Positions 9,251-18,869 of a stretch of DNA of 64,000 nucleotides are shown in pieces; within the stretch, counting starts at the first letter, position 1; every line of letters starts with the position of its first letter. Under the pieces are notes generated by a model. It saw nothing but the letters and a program-made list of their open reading frames with translations, made no database searches and was not told the origin of the DNA. The position numbers were made by a program, and so were the translations under genes. The stretch is from a virus: positions 1-64,000 of the IMG/VR virus record IMGVR_UViG_3300013137_000013; one strand, written 5' to 3'.

Positions 9251-9942
9251 TGGATTCGCAAATAAAAATACCAAAAGTTTCTATACTTTTGGCAACTTAT
9301 AATGGAGAGAAGTTTATCAAAAAGTCAATTGATTCAGTGTTGTCTCAAACATTTAAGAAATTCGAACTTTTAATAGGTTTTAATGGAACTACGGATGACA
9401 GCAAAGATATAGTAAACTCCTATAATGATGAAAGAATTAGAGTTTTTGATTATGGTGACGATAAGGGTAAATCTAAAACTTTAAATAAACTTTTAAAAGA
9501 AGCAAGAGCCGACTGGTTGGCAATTCAAGATGACGATGATATGTGGATGGGCAACAAATTAGAAGAGCAAATTTTATTCTGTAAAGATTTTGACATTATA
9601 GGTTCACAAATAAGATACGTAGACGAAAATGATGCATTGACGGGAACTATACTATCATTAGCAAAAGACCATAACGACATACTTTTTAGGGCACTTAATG
9701 GTGATAACCATATTGCAAACACTTCTGCTGTGTTTAAAAAAGATAAAACAGTACAGGTTGGCGGCTGGGATGAGAGTATAATCGGGGTTGAAGATTTTGA
9801 TTTTTGGCTAAAGATGATAAAAGTTGCTGATTGTAAAGTTACAAACCTTGACAATATACTTGTACATCACAGAGTACATTCCAACAGTAACTTTAATACC
9901 AAAGTTTGGAATGTAGATGAAATTTTAAAAAAATATAAATAA
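9250..9942 (+). CDS. GT2 glycosyltransferase
   Basis: PKVSILLATYNGEKFI, IQDDDD, KLEEQ, EDFDFWL, HRVH. Confidence 0.92.
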   Translation: MDSQIKIPKVSILLATYNGEKFIKKSIDSVLSQTFKKFELLIGFNGTTDDSKDIVNSYNDERIRVFDYGDDKGKSKTLNKLLKEARADWLAIQDDDDMWMGNKLEEQILFCKDFDIIGSQIRYVDENDALTGTILSLAKDHNDILFRALNGDNHIANTSAVFKKDKTVQVGGWDESIIGVEDFDFWLKMIKVADCKVTNLDNILVHHRVHSNSNFNTKVWNVDEILKKYK

Positions 9943-10580
9943 TGTTAATAGATTTAAAATATTTGTGTGAAAAGTACCAATTTATTCCCAAGGGAATAAT
10001 TCATATTGGTGCACACTTAGGAGAAGAACATGTCATTTACTCCACGCTTGAAATAAAAGAAGTATTGTGGATTGAGGCGAATAAAAGCATCTTTCAAAAT
10101 TTATGTTCCAAACTATCCCACATATCAACATATAAGTTTTTTAACTATCTTGTTTCAGATGTGGACGACAAAGAATATAAATTTTTTATCACAAACAACG
10201 GGGAATCGTCTTCATTGCTTGAATTAGAAGAACATTTAAAAGAACATCCTCAAATTTTTGTTTCCGATGTTGTCGAAATGAAATCTAAAACCGTTGATTC
10301 TATAATTCAAGTAAACAAAGTTGAATCTAGCAAATACAATTTTTTGAATTTAGATATTCAGGGGGCAGAATTGTTGGCACTAAAAGGCGCTGTTGATTTG
10401 TTGAAAAATATTGACTATGTTTATTCTGAAGTGAATATAAAACATCTTTATAAAGATTGTGCATTAATGGACGAAATGGATTCTTTTCTTAAAGAACATG
10501 GATTTGAAAGGGCTGAAGAAAAAATATTAAGTCACGGTTGGGGAGATGCATTTTATATTAAAAATAAATTAAACAATTAA
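9942..10580 (+). CDS. FkbM-family methyltransferase
   Basis: IIHIGAHLGEE, WIEAN, SSSLLE, LNLDIQGAELLALKG, WGDAFY. Confidence 0.9.
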   Translation: MLIDLKYLCEKYQFIPKGIIHIGAHLGEEHVIYSTLEIKEVLWIEANKSIFQNLCSKLSHISTYKFFNYLVSDVDDKEYKFFITNNGESSSLLELEEHLKEHPQIFVSDVVEMKSKTVDSIIQVNKVESSKYNFLNLDIQGAELLALKGAVDLLKNIDYVYSEVNIKHLYKDCALMDEMDSFLKEHGFERAEEKILSHGWGDAFYIKNKLNN

Positions 10581-10583
10581 AAT

Positions 10584-11102
10584 ATGCCAGGGAATTTAGA
10601 CGCTTTCAAAGAAAGTGGGTACAAAAAGTTTTTTGTTGAAACTGGTTGTTATCTGGGAGATGGAATATCAAGCGCATTGACAGCGGGGTATGATAATATA
10701 ATTTCAATAGAAATTGCAGAAGAATTTAAAAAAAATTGTGAAGAAAAGTTCAAACAAAATAAAAACGTAAATGTCGTATTGGGCGACTCATGTGAGATTT
10801 TATTTGATGTAATAAAAAACATAAATGAACCAATTACGTTTTGGTTAGATGGACACTTTTCTGGAGGAAACACTGGATTTGGCAAGTACGAATTTCCCCT
10901 AATACAAGAGTTAAAGCAAATAGAAATGCATCCAATAAAAACCCACACCATTATGATTGATGATATGAGGCTGTTTGGCGATAAAAAATATGGGTTTGAT
11001 AAAAATATGATTATAGAAACCATTTTACAAATCAACAAAGATTATAAAATATCTTACAAAGACGGTTGTGAAAAAAATGACATCTTAATTGCTTCAGTAT
11101 GA
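10584..11102 (+). CDS. SAM-dependent methyltransferase-like protein
   Basis: FVETGCYLGDG, ISIEI, GDS, FWLDGH, IMIDDMR; paralog of the middle domain of 5725..7716. Confidence 0.75.
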   Translation: MPGNLDAFKESGYKKFFVETGCYLGDGISSALTAGYDNIISIEIAEEFKKNCEEKFKQNKNVNVVLGDSCEILFDVIKNINEPITFWLDGHFSGGNTGFGKYEFPLIQELKQIEMHPIKTHTIMIDDMRLFGDKKYGFDKNMIIETILQINKDYKISYKDGCEKNDILIASV

Positions 11103-11895
11103 TAAACATTTTTTCTTCATATGACCAAAGTGGACCAAAGAAAGTAAAAGACAACTTGAAATTGGGACTTGAATTGTGCGAAATAAAGTTTGCAGAAAAC
11201 TGTTTTACTTATGAAAATAGTATATTTTTATCCGACAAGCCAGAGATGTATAACTCAAATAATTTAGATAAAACTATCGTAGGACCCAATGTGTGGCCTT
11301 TTCAAAACGAGTGGGTTTTAAAGCAAAATTATAAATGTTATATAGTTCCATCTGCCTGGGTAAAAAACATGCTCATTAGCAAAACGTCCATGTCCAAAGA
11401 CAAGATTCAAATATGGCCAGTGGGGATTAATACAGAACTTTTTTGTGACATGTCAAAAGAAGAAAGCAATCAGAACTAAAAACCGTGACAGATTTGCTTA
11501 AATCTAAGAATCAATCTTTTGAAATAATTGAATATAGCAATTATAGAGAAGAAGATATGATTTTAAAAGCAAAAATAAGTAAATATTGTTTTGTAATTAA
11601 TGGAACAGAAAGTCAAGGAATCGCATTAGAAGAGTTAATGAGTTGTAATGTTCCACTATTTGTTTGGGACGTTAATTCCTGGAATGACATTGGAGAACAA
11701 TATAAGTCCCCAGCAACAAGCGTCCCTTATTGGTCAAACACCTGTGGGGAAAAATTTTTAAACGAAGAAGAATTAAATATAAAATTTGATGAATTTTTAA
11801 AAAATATTGATTCTTACAATCCAAGAAATTATATTTTAGAAAACTTAAACTTAAAAAAGCAAGCCCTTGAATTAATTAAAATTTTTAAACAATAA
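11099..11895 (+). pseudogene. GT-B (GT4-like) glycosyltransferase split into two ORFs by a frameshift
   Basis: 11099..11479 (VPSAWV, WPVGINTELF) and 11485..11895 (ESQGIALEELMSCNVP) read as the two halves of one GT-B; frame change near 11453-11465. Confidence 0.7.
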
Positions 11896-11897
11896 AT

Positions 11898-12443
11898 ATG
11901 GCACACCAAGAACAAAAAGATTATTTTTTGGAAATAAAAAATAAATTTCCAGAGTATTTTAAAAACAAAAAAGTTTTAGATATTGGTTCCTTAGACATAA
12001 ATGGAAACAATAGACACTTATTCGAAAATTGTGAATATACAGGACTTGATGTGGCCGAAGGAAAAAACGTTGATGTAATTTGTTTAGCACATCAATACAA
12101 TGCTCCAGACGCAACCTTTGACGTAATTATAACTAATGATTGTTTTGAACATGATATGTTTTATAAAGAAACAATTAAAAATATTTTTAGGTTATTAAAA
12201 CCAAATGGGCTACTCCTGTTTACATGTAAAACAACTGGTTCTGGCGAGCATGGAACACTAAGGTCTGATGGAGGATTTTCATCCCCCCTCACATCAAAAA
12301 TTCCAGAGTGGGCTAACTATTATCGCAACATAATAGAGGAAGATGTAAGAGACATCCTTAATATAGAAGAATCATTTTCTACTTTTGAATTTAGTGTTTT
12401 AAACATTACTTTCGATTTGAGATTTTATGGAATAAAAAAGTAA
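11898..12443 (+). CDS. class I SAM methyltransferase (type 11-like)
   Basis: VLDIGSLDING, YTGLD, FDVII..CFEHD, LLKPNGLL. Confidence 0.88.
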   Translation: MAHQEQKDYFLEIKNKFPEYFKNKKVLDIGSLDINGNNRHLFENCEYTGLDVAEGKNVDVICLAHQYNAPDATFDVIITNDCFEHDMFYKETIKNIFRLLKPNGLLLFTCKTTGSGEHGTLRSDGGFSSPLTSKIPEWANYYRNIIEEDVRDILNIEESFSTFEFSVLNITFDLRFYGIKK

Positions 12444-12447
12444 AATC

Positions 12448-13092
12448 ATGAAAAATTTTTTAGATGAATTAGCCATAAAGTATAATACAGATAAGAGTTC
12501 GAAAAATCATAATTATACAAAAACATATGATAAATATTTGAGTCCCATAAGAGAACAAAAATTAAACATTTTAGAAATCGGAGTCCTAAATGGGGCTTCT
12601 TTAAAAATGTGGGGAGAATACTTTCCAAATTCTCAAATATATGGCCTGGACATCAGCCCAGATTGTAAAAAGCATGAAAAAGATAATATAAAAGTAATCA
12701 TAGGCAGTCAGGATGATGAAGAATTCTTGATTCAGAATATTAAATCTATCAAATTTGACCTCATTATAGATGATGGAAGTCATATATCAAGGCACCAAAT
12801 AAAAAGCTTTAATGTACTATTTGACAGCCTTAATAGTGGGTGTTATTATATTATAGAAGATGTTTGCTGTTCATACTGGAATAGTCATGAAGGTGGGTAT
12901 AAAAAACAGGGCTCTGTCATAGAATACTTTAAAGACAAAATTGATGATGTCAATTTTTACGGATTCAAAGGAGATTTGTACGATAGGAAAAGAGAGTATA
13001 TTACATCCATTAAAAAGGATTTGACATTTTTTGAAAAGACTATTAACTCAATACATTTCTATAACAGCATAATTATTATAGAAAAGATATGA
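12448..13092 (+). CDS. class I SAM methyltransferase, MycE/TylE-like sugar O-methyltransferase
   Basis: TDK...HNY, LEIGV..GASLKMW, GSQDD, IIDDGSH, YIIED. Confidence 0.8.
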   Translation: MKNFLDELAIKYNTDKSSKNHNYTKTYDKYLSPIREQKLNILEIGVLNGASLKMWGEYFPNSQIYGLDISPDCKKHEKDNIKVIIGSQDDEEFLIQNIKSIKFDLIIDDGSHISRHQIKSFNVLFDSLNSGCYYIIEDVCCSYWNSHEGGYKKQGSVIEYFKDKIDDVNFYGFKGDLYDRKREYITSIKKDLTFFEKTINSIHFYNSIIIIEKI

Positions 13093-13673
13093 TAATTTTA
13101 TTTACCAGTGCCCTTACAGAAAATCTCTTCGAACAAAGAAAAGAAGAATATATAATCTCTTTCAACACTTTGTGTTCATTTGGATATAAGAACAACATTC
13201 AAATAATAGAATGTATTAACAACTCCGAGGATAGTTTTCTTAATACTTTGACTGAAAAAGTTTTTTATACAAAACAAAATTATGCCTATAGAAACAAAGG
13301 CGTTAATGAGTTGTTAAATATTAAATTCTTTTTAGAAAACTTTAATGTTGATGATGAAGAAAAAATCGTCAAACTAACTGGAAGATATAATCTTCTCGAT
13401 AATTCATTTATTAAAGAGTTTGAAAATAGTTCTTGTGACGTACTTTATAAAAAAGATTCTGTCAACCAAGTGTTTTTTGGGTGTTTGTGTTTAAAGAAAA
13501 AAGTCCTAACAAACTTTATCAATCAATTAAACTTTAATGTTCTTGAATCAAATCTTGTATGTATAGAAAAATCTTTTGCCGACTTTATATACAAAAGTGA
13601 ATATGAACAAAAGGTGATTGAAAAAATAAATATCAGATGCAATATTAATAATGAAGATTTACACACTCTTTAA
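13089..13673 (+). CDS. hypothetical protein, probable GT-A-like glycan enzyme
   Basis: NKGVNE and IVKLTGRY motifs; last gene of the GT operon. Confidence 0.55.
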   Translation: MIILFTSALTENLFEQRKEEYIISFNTLCSFGYKNNIQIIECINNSEDSFLNTLTEKVFYTKQNYAYRNKGVNELLNIKFFLENFNVDDEEKIVKLTGRYNLLDNSFIKEFENSSCDVLYKKDSVNQVFFGCLCLKKKVLTNFINQLNFNVLESNLVCIEKSFADFIYKSEYEQKVIEKINIRCNINNEDLHTL

Positions 13674-14812
13674 ACTGGATACTTAAATATTTCTTCCTCA
13701 TAATTCTTTAAATAAATATATTTTTCATCAGCTCCAACTATCGAATTTGGTAATATTGGAATTTTACCGCCACCCCCAGGCGCATCTATAACATATTGCG
13801 GAATTGCATAACCACTGGTAAATCCCCTTAAAGACTGAATAATATTCAAACCTTCTTCTATTGTTGTTTTAAAATGTGCCGAACCAATGATGGGGTCACA
13901 TTGATATAAATAATAAGGCTTAATTCTAATTTTTAAAAGCTCATGAAACAATTTTTTTAACACTTTTGGCTCATTATTAACACCATTCAATAAAACAGTT
14001 TGACTTCCCAAAACAATTCCCACATCAGCCAATTTTGTAACGGCCACTTTTGATTCATCTGTGATTTCGTCTGGGTGCGTTGAATGAATGCTTAAGAATA
14101 GTGGATGGAATTTTTTTAAAATTGAAACAAGATTGTCTGTAATCCTTTGTGGCAAAACAAAAGGAACTTTTGTGCCAATTCTGATTATTTCTACATGAGG
14201 AATGTTTCTTATATTCTCAAGAAAATATTCTATTTTTGAATCTGAAAGAGTAAGTGGGTCTCCACCAGATATAATAACGTCCCTAACTTCTGAATGGCTT
14301 TTTATATAATCAAAAACTTTTTCATAATCCACAAATTTTTCTTTGTTTTCAATAATCCTTGAGCGTGTGCAATATCTACAATTTGCTGAACAAAAATTTG
14401 TTGCTAAAAGAAGAACTCTATCTGGGTATCTATGTACAAGACCTGGAAGGGGAGAATCTTCAATTTCAGAAAGGGGGTCTATTTCTTCTCCAAAATTTTT
14501 GTTAAGTTCTTTATCAGTGGGCACCATAGTTTTTCTAATCTCTTTACTACTGTGCACCAAACTGAGATAGTATGGGGTAATTCGCAAAGGAAGTTTTGTA
14601 CTATCAACATCTTCGGCTGCTGTAATATTTAAAAACTTTTTAATTTGAGAAATGGTTCTGATGGAATTTGACAACTGCCATTTCCAATCATTCCATTGAA
14701 TATTTGTTATTTGGGGGTAATATTTTTTTTTGAAACTTTCAACAAGACCTAAAGGGTCTTCTGCTTCTACATCTGCGACTGCTATTTCATCTGTACAATC
14801 CTTTGTTTTCAT
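13670..14812 (-). CDS. kamA: KamA-family radical SAM lysine 2,3-aminomutase
   Basis: WNDWKWQL, GLVHRYPDRVL, CSANCRYCTR (CxxxCxxC), SGGDPL, PYYLYQCD, SGYAIPQYVIDAPGGGGKIP (PLP lysine). Confidence 0.93.
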   Translation of the reverse strand: MKTKDCTDEIAVADVEAEDPLGLVESFKKKYYPQITNIQWNDWKWQLSNSIRTISQIKKFLNITAAEDVDSTKLPLRITPYYLSLVHSSKEIRKTMVPTDKELNKNFGEEIDPLSEIEDSPLPGLVHRYPDRVLLLATNFCSANCRYCTRSRIIENKEKFVDYEKVFDYIKSHSEVRDVIISGGDPLTLSDSKIEYFLENIRNIPHVEIIRIGTKVPFVLPQRITDNLVSILKKFHPLFLSIHSTHPDEITDESKVAVTKLADVGIVLGSQTVLLNGVNNEPKVLKKLFHELLKIRIKPYYLYQCDPIIGSAHFKTTIEEGLNIIQSLRGFTSGYAIPQYVIDAPGGGGKIPILPNSIVGADEKYIYLKNYEEEIFKYPV

Positions 14813-14954
14813 TTTGGTGAGTTTATTCTAAATATACAAATAATACGCAAAAATTACATAAAAGTTACCTAAAAAAGAAAAAAAAATTTCATCATTTTTC
14901 TGAGTTCTACAACCATTTGATTTTCAAGTAAAAAATACGAAAAACTGGGTTAAA

Positions 14955-14986
14955 GTTGTATTTTTATTTTTTTTTATTTATATTTG
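14955..14986 (+). promoter_or_regulatory. Bacteroidota sigma70-type promoter
   Basis: GTTG-N20-TATATTTG upstream of 15011. Confidence 0.65.
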
Positions 14987-15010
14987 CCACAAATTTAAAC
15001 AACAAAGAAT

Positions 15011-16615
15011 ATGATGTTAAAAAATTTAGAACAATCCGACATTGAATACATCAAGAAGACTTACGTAGACAAAGCATTAACATGGGATGAAAGAATGGGA
15101 ATTCTTATGAGTCATTTTGGTAAATCCGAAAGAACTGTAAGAAAATGGTTGTCAAAGTTAGGAATAAAAGAGAAAACAAATGGAACAGCAAGAGGCGATG
15201 TAGAATCTCCCCAATTTGAAGAAGCTAAAAAAAAGCAGTTTGACAAAACTAAAAAAAGATTCATTGTAACCTGGGCGCAAAATAATACCCCTGTTCATAA
15301 GCAATTCTTAGAAAACATTAAGGCATATGCAAAATTTTTAGATGCAGACCTTCATGTAATTGCTGGAAGATATAAAAACCCAACTTCTGTTTTTGCAGAT
15401 AAAGACTTTGATTTTTGGGTAGAAGATGTCGCTCCGTATCTTGATGCTAACCGTCACGACATTCACAAATACGTTTCAATTCTATCAGATGTTAAAATTC
15501 AGCCCACTGCCGTAAACCCAATGAGCGGTTTAGAAGGAATGAGTGGGGTTAATTCTTGTATTTTTGGCTCTCCAAAGGTACAAATGGAAGTTATAGGCGC
15601 TCTGGAGGGTTATAGGCCAAAGTTGATGCTTACCACTGGTGCGGTCACTTTAAAGAACTATACGGACTCTAAAGCGGGAAAAAAGGGAGAATTTCATCAC
15701 ATTCTTGGATTTGTAGTAGTAGAAATTAAAGATGAAGAAAAATTCTTCGTCCGTCAAGTTACAGCTACTACAGATGGAGAATTTACAGACCTTTACTATT
15801 CTGTTAAAAATCAAGAAGTAAAAGAAATTGATGGAATAGAAGCTATTGTTTTGGGAGATATTCACCTGGGGCAAGTAGATGAAACTGTTATGAGTTCAAC
15901 AATTGACCTTTTAAACAAACTCAAGCCAGACAATACCATAATTCATGATTTATTTGATGGCTATTCTATAAGCCATCATGACATGAAAGACCCAATAAAA
16001 ATGTATAGGAAAAGTGTAGAAGGCCGAGATTCTCTTAAAAAAGAAGTTGACTATATGCTTACCTGGTTAGAAGAAATGAGGAAATATCATCTTGTAATTG
16101 TAAGAAGTAATCACGATGACTTTGTTGATAGGTGGATAATAAATACAGACTGGAAGAAAAATATTCCAAATTCAGTTGAATATATGGAATATACAAAAGC
16201 TCTACTTGAAGACAAAGCCCCCAACGGAATTATCCCTTACATTATTAACCAAAGGTTTAAAGATGTCAAAACTCTTGGTAGAATGGATTCGTTTAAAGTT
16301 AAAAAATGGGAATTGGGGGTTCACGGAGATTACGGGCAAAATGGAAGTCAGGGTTCAATTACACAATTTAGAAAATTAAATACAAAACTGGTTATTGGTC
16401 ACTCTCATACTCCAGGAAGGAAAGATGGAGTTTTGCAGGTTGGAACATCTACCAAAAAGAGACTTGGGTACAACCTTGGTGCCAGCACATGGCTAAATTC
16501 ACACGTTATTATTCACAGAGATGGAAAAGCACAACATGTAAATTTCCTTGACGGAGAATATACAACATTTAAAATGGAAAATTTTCAGAAAAAGACTGCA
16601 AAACATAAAAAATAA
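15011..16615 (+). CDS. T5 A1-like protein (metallophosphoesterase-fold nuclease) with N-terminal HTH-like segment
   Basis: FIVTWAQNNTPVH...F, LGDIH, HDLFDG, SNHD, HGD, GHSH calcineurin-like motifs; GKSERTVRKWL HTH-like. Confidence 0.75.
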   Translation: MMLKNLEQSDIEYIKKTYVDKALTWDERMGILMSHFGKSERTVRKWLSKLGIKEKTNGTARGDVESPQFEEAKKKQFDKTKKRFIVTWAQNNTPVHKQFLENIKAYAKFLDADLHVIAGRYKNPTSVFADKDFDFWVEDVAPYLDANRHDIHKYVSILSDVKIQPTAVNPMSGLEGMSGVNSCIFGSPKVQMEVIGALEGYRPKLMLTTGAVTLKNYTDSKAGKKGEFHHILGFVVVEIKDEEKFFVRQVTATTDGEFTDLYYSVKNQEVKEIDGIEAIVLGDIHLGQVDETVMSSTIDLLNKLKPDNTIIHDLFDGYSISHHDMKDPIKMYRKSVEGRDSLKKEVDYMLTWLEEMRKYHLVIVRSNHDDFVDRWIINTDWKKNIPNSVEYMEYTKALLEDKAPNGIIPYIINQRFKDVKTLGRMDSFKVKKWELGVHGDYGQNGSQGSITQFRKLNTKLVIGHSHTPGRKDGVLQVGTSTKKRLGYNLGASTWLNSHVIIHRDGKAQHVNFLDGEYTTFKMENFQKKTAKHKK

Positions 16616-16635
16616 ATTTTTTTTAAATATTTAGC

Positions 16636-16667
16636 AAAAAGCCTTTACAATCGTAATGGCTTTTTTT
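16636..16667 (+). terminator. intrinsic terminator
   Basis: AAAAAGCCtTTAC-AATC-GTAAtGGC followed by T7. Confidence 0.7.
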
Positions 16668-16690
16668 ATTTTTTGTCTAAATAACCCGTT

Positions 16691-17038
16691 ATGGACGAAA
16701 AGTTTTTAAAAAGAACTAAATACACATTTGGTGCTCCAATAATTACTGTCGAGCTCACCGATGAAATGATAACAGAATTATTCGAAACCGCAGTTGAAGA
16801 TTTTGACATGTATTCAAAAATTTCAAGAAGAGGCACAAAAAGCCTTAGAGAAATAAAAGATACCTGGATTAAAAAATACACCATTGCACTTTGTAAGGAA
16901 ACGATAGGAATGATAAGGGAAAAAATTGACGGAGCAACCAATATTCCTTCTGGAAATTTGAAACTCGAATACGAAAGTTTGCTTGCTGAAAGTCGTAAAG
17001 AAAAATCATTCCTTATAAGTATTTGTTTAAATAAATAA
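16691..17038 (+). CDS. minimal T4 gp13-like neck/head-completion protein
   Basis: FGAPIITVELTDE and WIKKYTIALCKE..G..R.K resemble the N- and C-terminal conserved blocks of gp13. Confidence 0.6.
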   Translation: MDEKFLKRTKYTFGAPIITVELTDEMITELFETAVEDFDMYSKISRRGTKSLREIKDTWIKKYTIALCKETIGMIREKIDGATNIPSGNLKLEYESLLAESRKEKSFLISICLNK

Positions 17039-17066
17039 ATCTAAAATCAACTTTAAAATACACAAC

Positions 17067-17837
17067 ATGAAAAAATTAGGAATATCAATTGACGGAGTAA
17101 TTAGAAATTATCTTGATGCATTCGATAAACAATACAGAAAAGCTTTTATTTATAATGAAAGTATTGTTGAAATGAGCGAAGAGTTCAAATATAAGGAACC
17201 AACCGAGATGGATATAGAAGCCAAAGCAAAGCAAATTGAAGAAAGGACTAAAGAATTAATTTCTCTTCCCGTAGACTCTCCAGACCTTTTGAATCACTAT
17301 CAATTTAACGAAATTAAAGAATTTGAAAACGAAAATGCTTTCCAACAAGATTCTACTGAGCAAAATATTCTTTTCGAAAATTTTAATTCATTTGAAAACA
17401 GAGTTCTTACACCCCAGGAGGCACTTGAAAAATTTATGTACGAAAAGCATCCTTTTAGAATATTTGGCGACTCAGAAGAATTTCAAAATGCAATGAGCCA
17501 CTTTAATAGAATTCAGACATACGGACTGCAAAATAAACTTTTTGAAACCGTTTTGATTACCGACTTAAAGGCTTCTGCAATTTCTGCAAATTATTTTTTC
17601 CTTCACAAAACAGGATGTAGAGCAAGAAACATACAAGTTGTAAAAGACCACGCTGACAAGTGGAACTACTGTGATGTGCTTGTAGATGCCGCACCTGAAT
17701 CATTCCAAACAAAACCAGATGGAAAAATTTCAATCAAAATTGATAGACTATACAATCAACATGATGAAGCTGACTATACAATAAAAAACTTAAAAGAAGT
17801 TAATAATGAAATGTTACTTAAAAAAATATTTAAATAA
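17067..17837 (+). CDS. HAD-fold 5'(3')-nucleotidase-like protein with degenerate motif I
   Basis: LGISIDGVIRN (DxD changed to SxD), DVLVDA, YN motif. Confidence 0.6.
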   Translation: MKKLGISIDGVIRNYLDAFDKQYRKAFIYNESIVEMSEEFKYKEPTEMDIEAKAKQIEERTKELISLPVDSPDLLNHYQFNEIKEFENENAFQQDSTEQNILFENFNSFENRVLTPQEALEKFMYEKHPFRIFGDSEEFQNAMSHFNRIQTYGLQNKLFETVLITDLKASAISANYFFLHKTGCRARNIQVVKDHADKWNYCDVLVDAAPESFQTKPDGKISIKIDRLYNQHDEADYTIKNLKEVNNEMLLKKIFK

Positions 17838-17849
17838 AATTCAAAACTT

Positions 17850-18869
17850 ATGGCAAAGAAAATGAAAAATTCTGTTAAAACAGAAATGAAAAACATGGTT
17901 CAAAGAGAACTTGTTAGAATCATGGCAAAACAAATTTCCAATGAAGATTCCTTCAAAGAAATGGTTCAGGAAGTTATTAGTGATTTTTATGAAGAAGAAG
18001 CAGTAGTAGAAAATCAAACAAGCTATAATTCCAAGAAGGACTTACAAAAGGGCAGACTTGGACTTTTAACCGATATTATGAATGGGAAATACAAAGAAGA
18101 GTTTTTGACTTGTATCAATAAGGAATTGGAAGAAAAAAATTTATTAATGGATTCCTTAGTAACTCCACACAAATCTTCAATCCCAATACAAAAACAGTCT
18201 AATGTTGAACTTTCAAAAGAACAAATGGATGCGTTGTTTAGAATAAGTCCAACAAAACGTGCAGAAAATGAGAAAATAGACAATCTAGTTTTTAGCAAAG
18301 CAAATGTACATAACATGAGGATTTTGAATAATATAAATGCTGAACAGGCATCTCAGGATTATCAAAAAATTCAATGCACAAAAGAAATTTCCGACCAATT
18401 ATTTGATTATATTGAAAACAACAAAGGTAACTTAGATGCTACTCATGAACAATTGCACATTAACAACAAATCAATTGAAACCTATAAAGTCCACAATAAA
18501 GAAGAAAAAGAAAAAATAGGAAACTTCAAATTTGGCAAAGGATTTACTACAACACTTAATCCAAAATATTTTGCTTTTGAATTGGAAATTAAAACAAACG
18601 AATTAACCAAACAAAGAACACTTACTCTCAAAAATATAACAATGGAGTCAAACTCAATTTCAAAAGATGTTATGAGTGCTAAAAATATAGAAAAATTGCT
18701 AAACATAGTTCAAGAGATTTATTCCAATACCACAATTAAGCCTCTTTCGCAGACAGAGCCAATTACAGAAGAAGAAAAACGTGCTGCAAAAAAATTAAAA
18801 AGTAACCAACGTGCAAAAAAGGCTTGTAATACTATTAAAGCAAAAAAACAAATACAAAAAACAAAATAA
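17850..18869 (+). CDS. hypothetical protein
   Basis: 339 aa ORF with a basic C-terminus. Confidence 0.75.
   Translation: MAKKMKNSVKTEMKNMVQRELVRIMAKQISNEDSFKEMVQEVISDFYEEEAVVENQTSYNSKKDLQKGRLGLLTDIMNGKYKEEFLTCINKELEEKNLLMDSLVTPHKSSIPIQKQSNVELSKEQMDALFRISPTKRAENEKIDNLVFSKANVHNMRILNNINAEQASQDYQKIQCTKEISDQLFDYIENNKGNLDATHEQLHINNKSIETYKVHNKEEKEKIGNFKFGKGFTTTLNPKYFAFELEIKTNELTKQRTLTLKNITMESNSISKDVMSAKNIEKLLNIVQEIYSNTTIKPLSQTEPITEEEKRAAKKLKSNQRAKKACNTIKAKKQIQKTK

Noticed and set aside
14813-15010. ~200 nt intergenic gap with ACAACCATTTGATTTTCAAGT as a possible ncRNA or recombination site
   Set aside because: Only one copy seen, no convincing stem structure, and the gap is explained by divergent promoters
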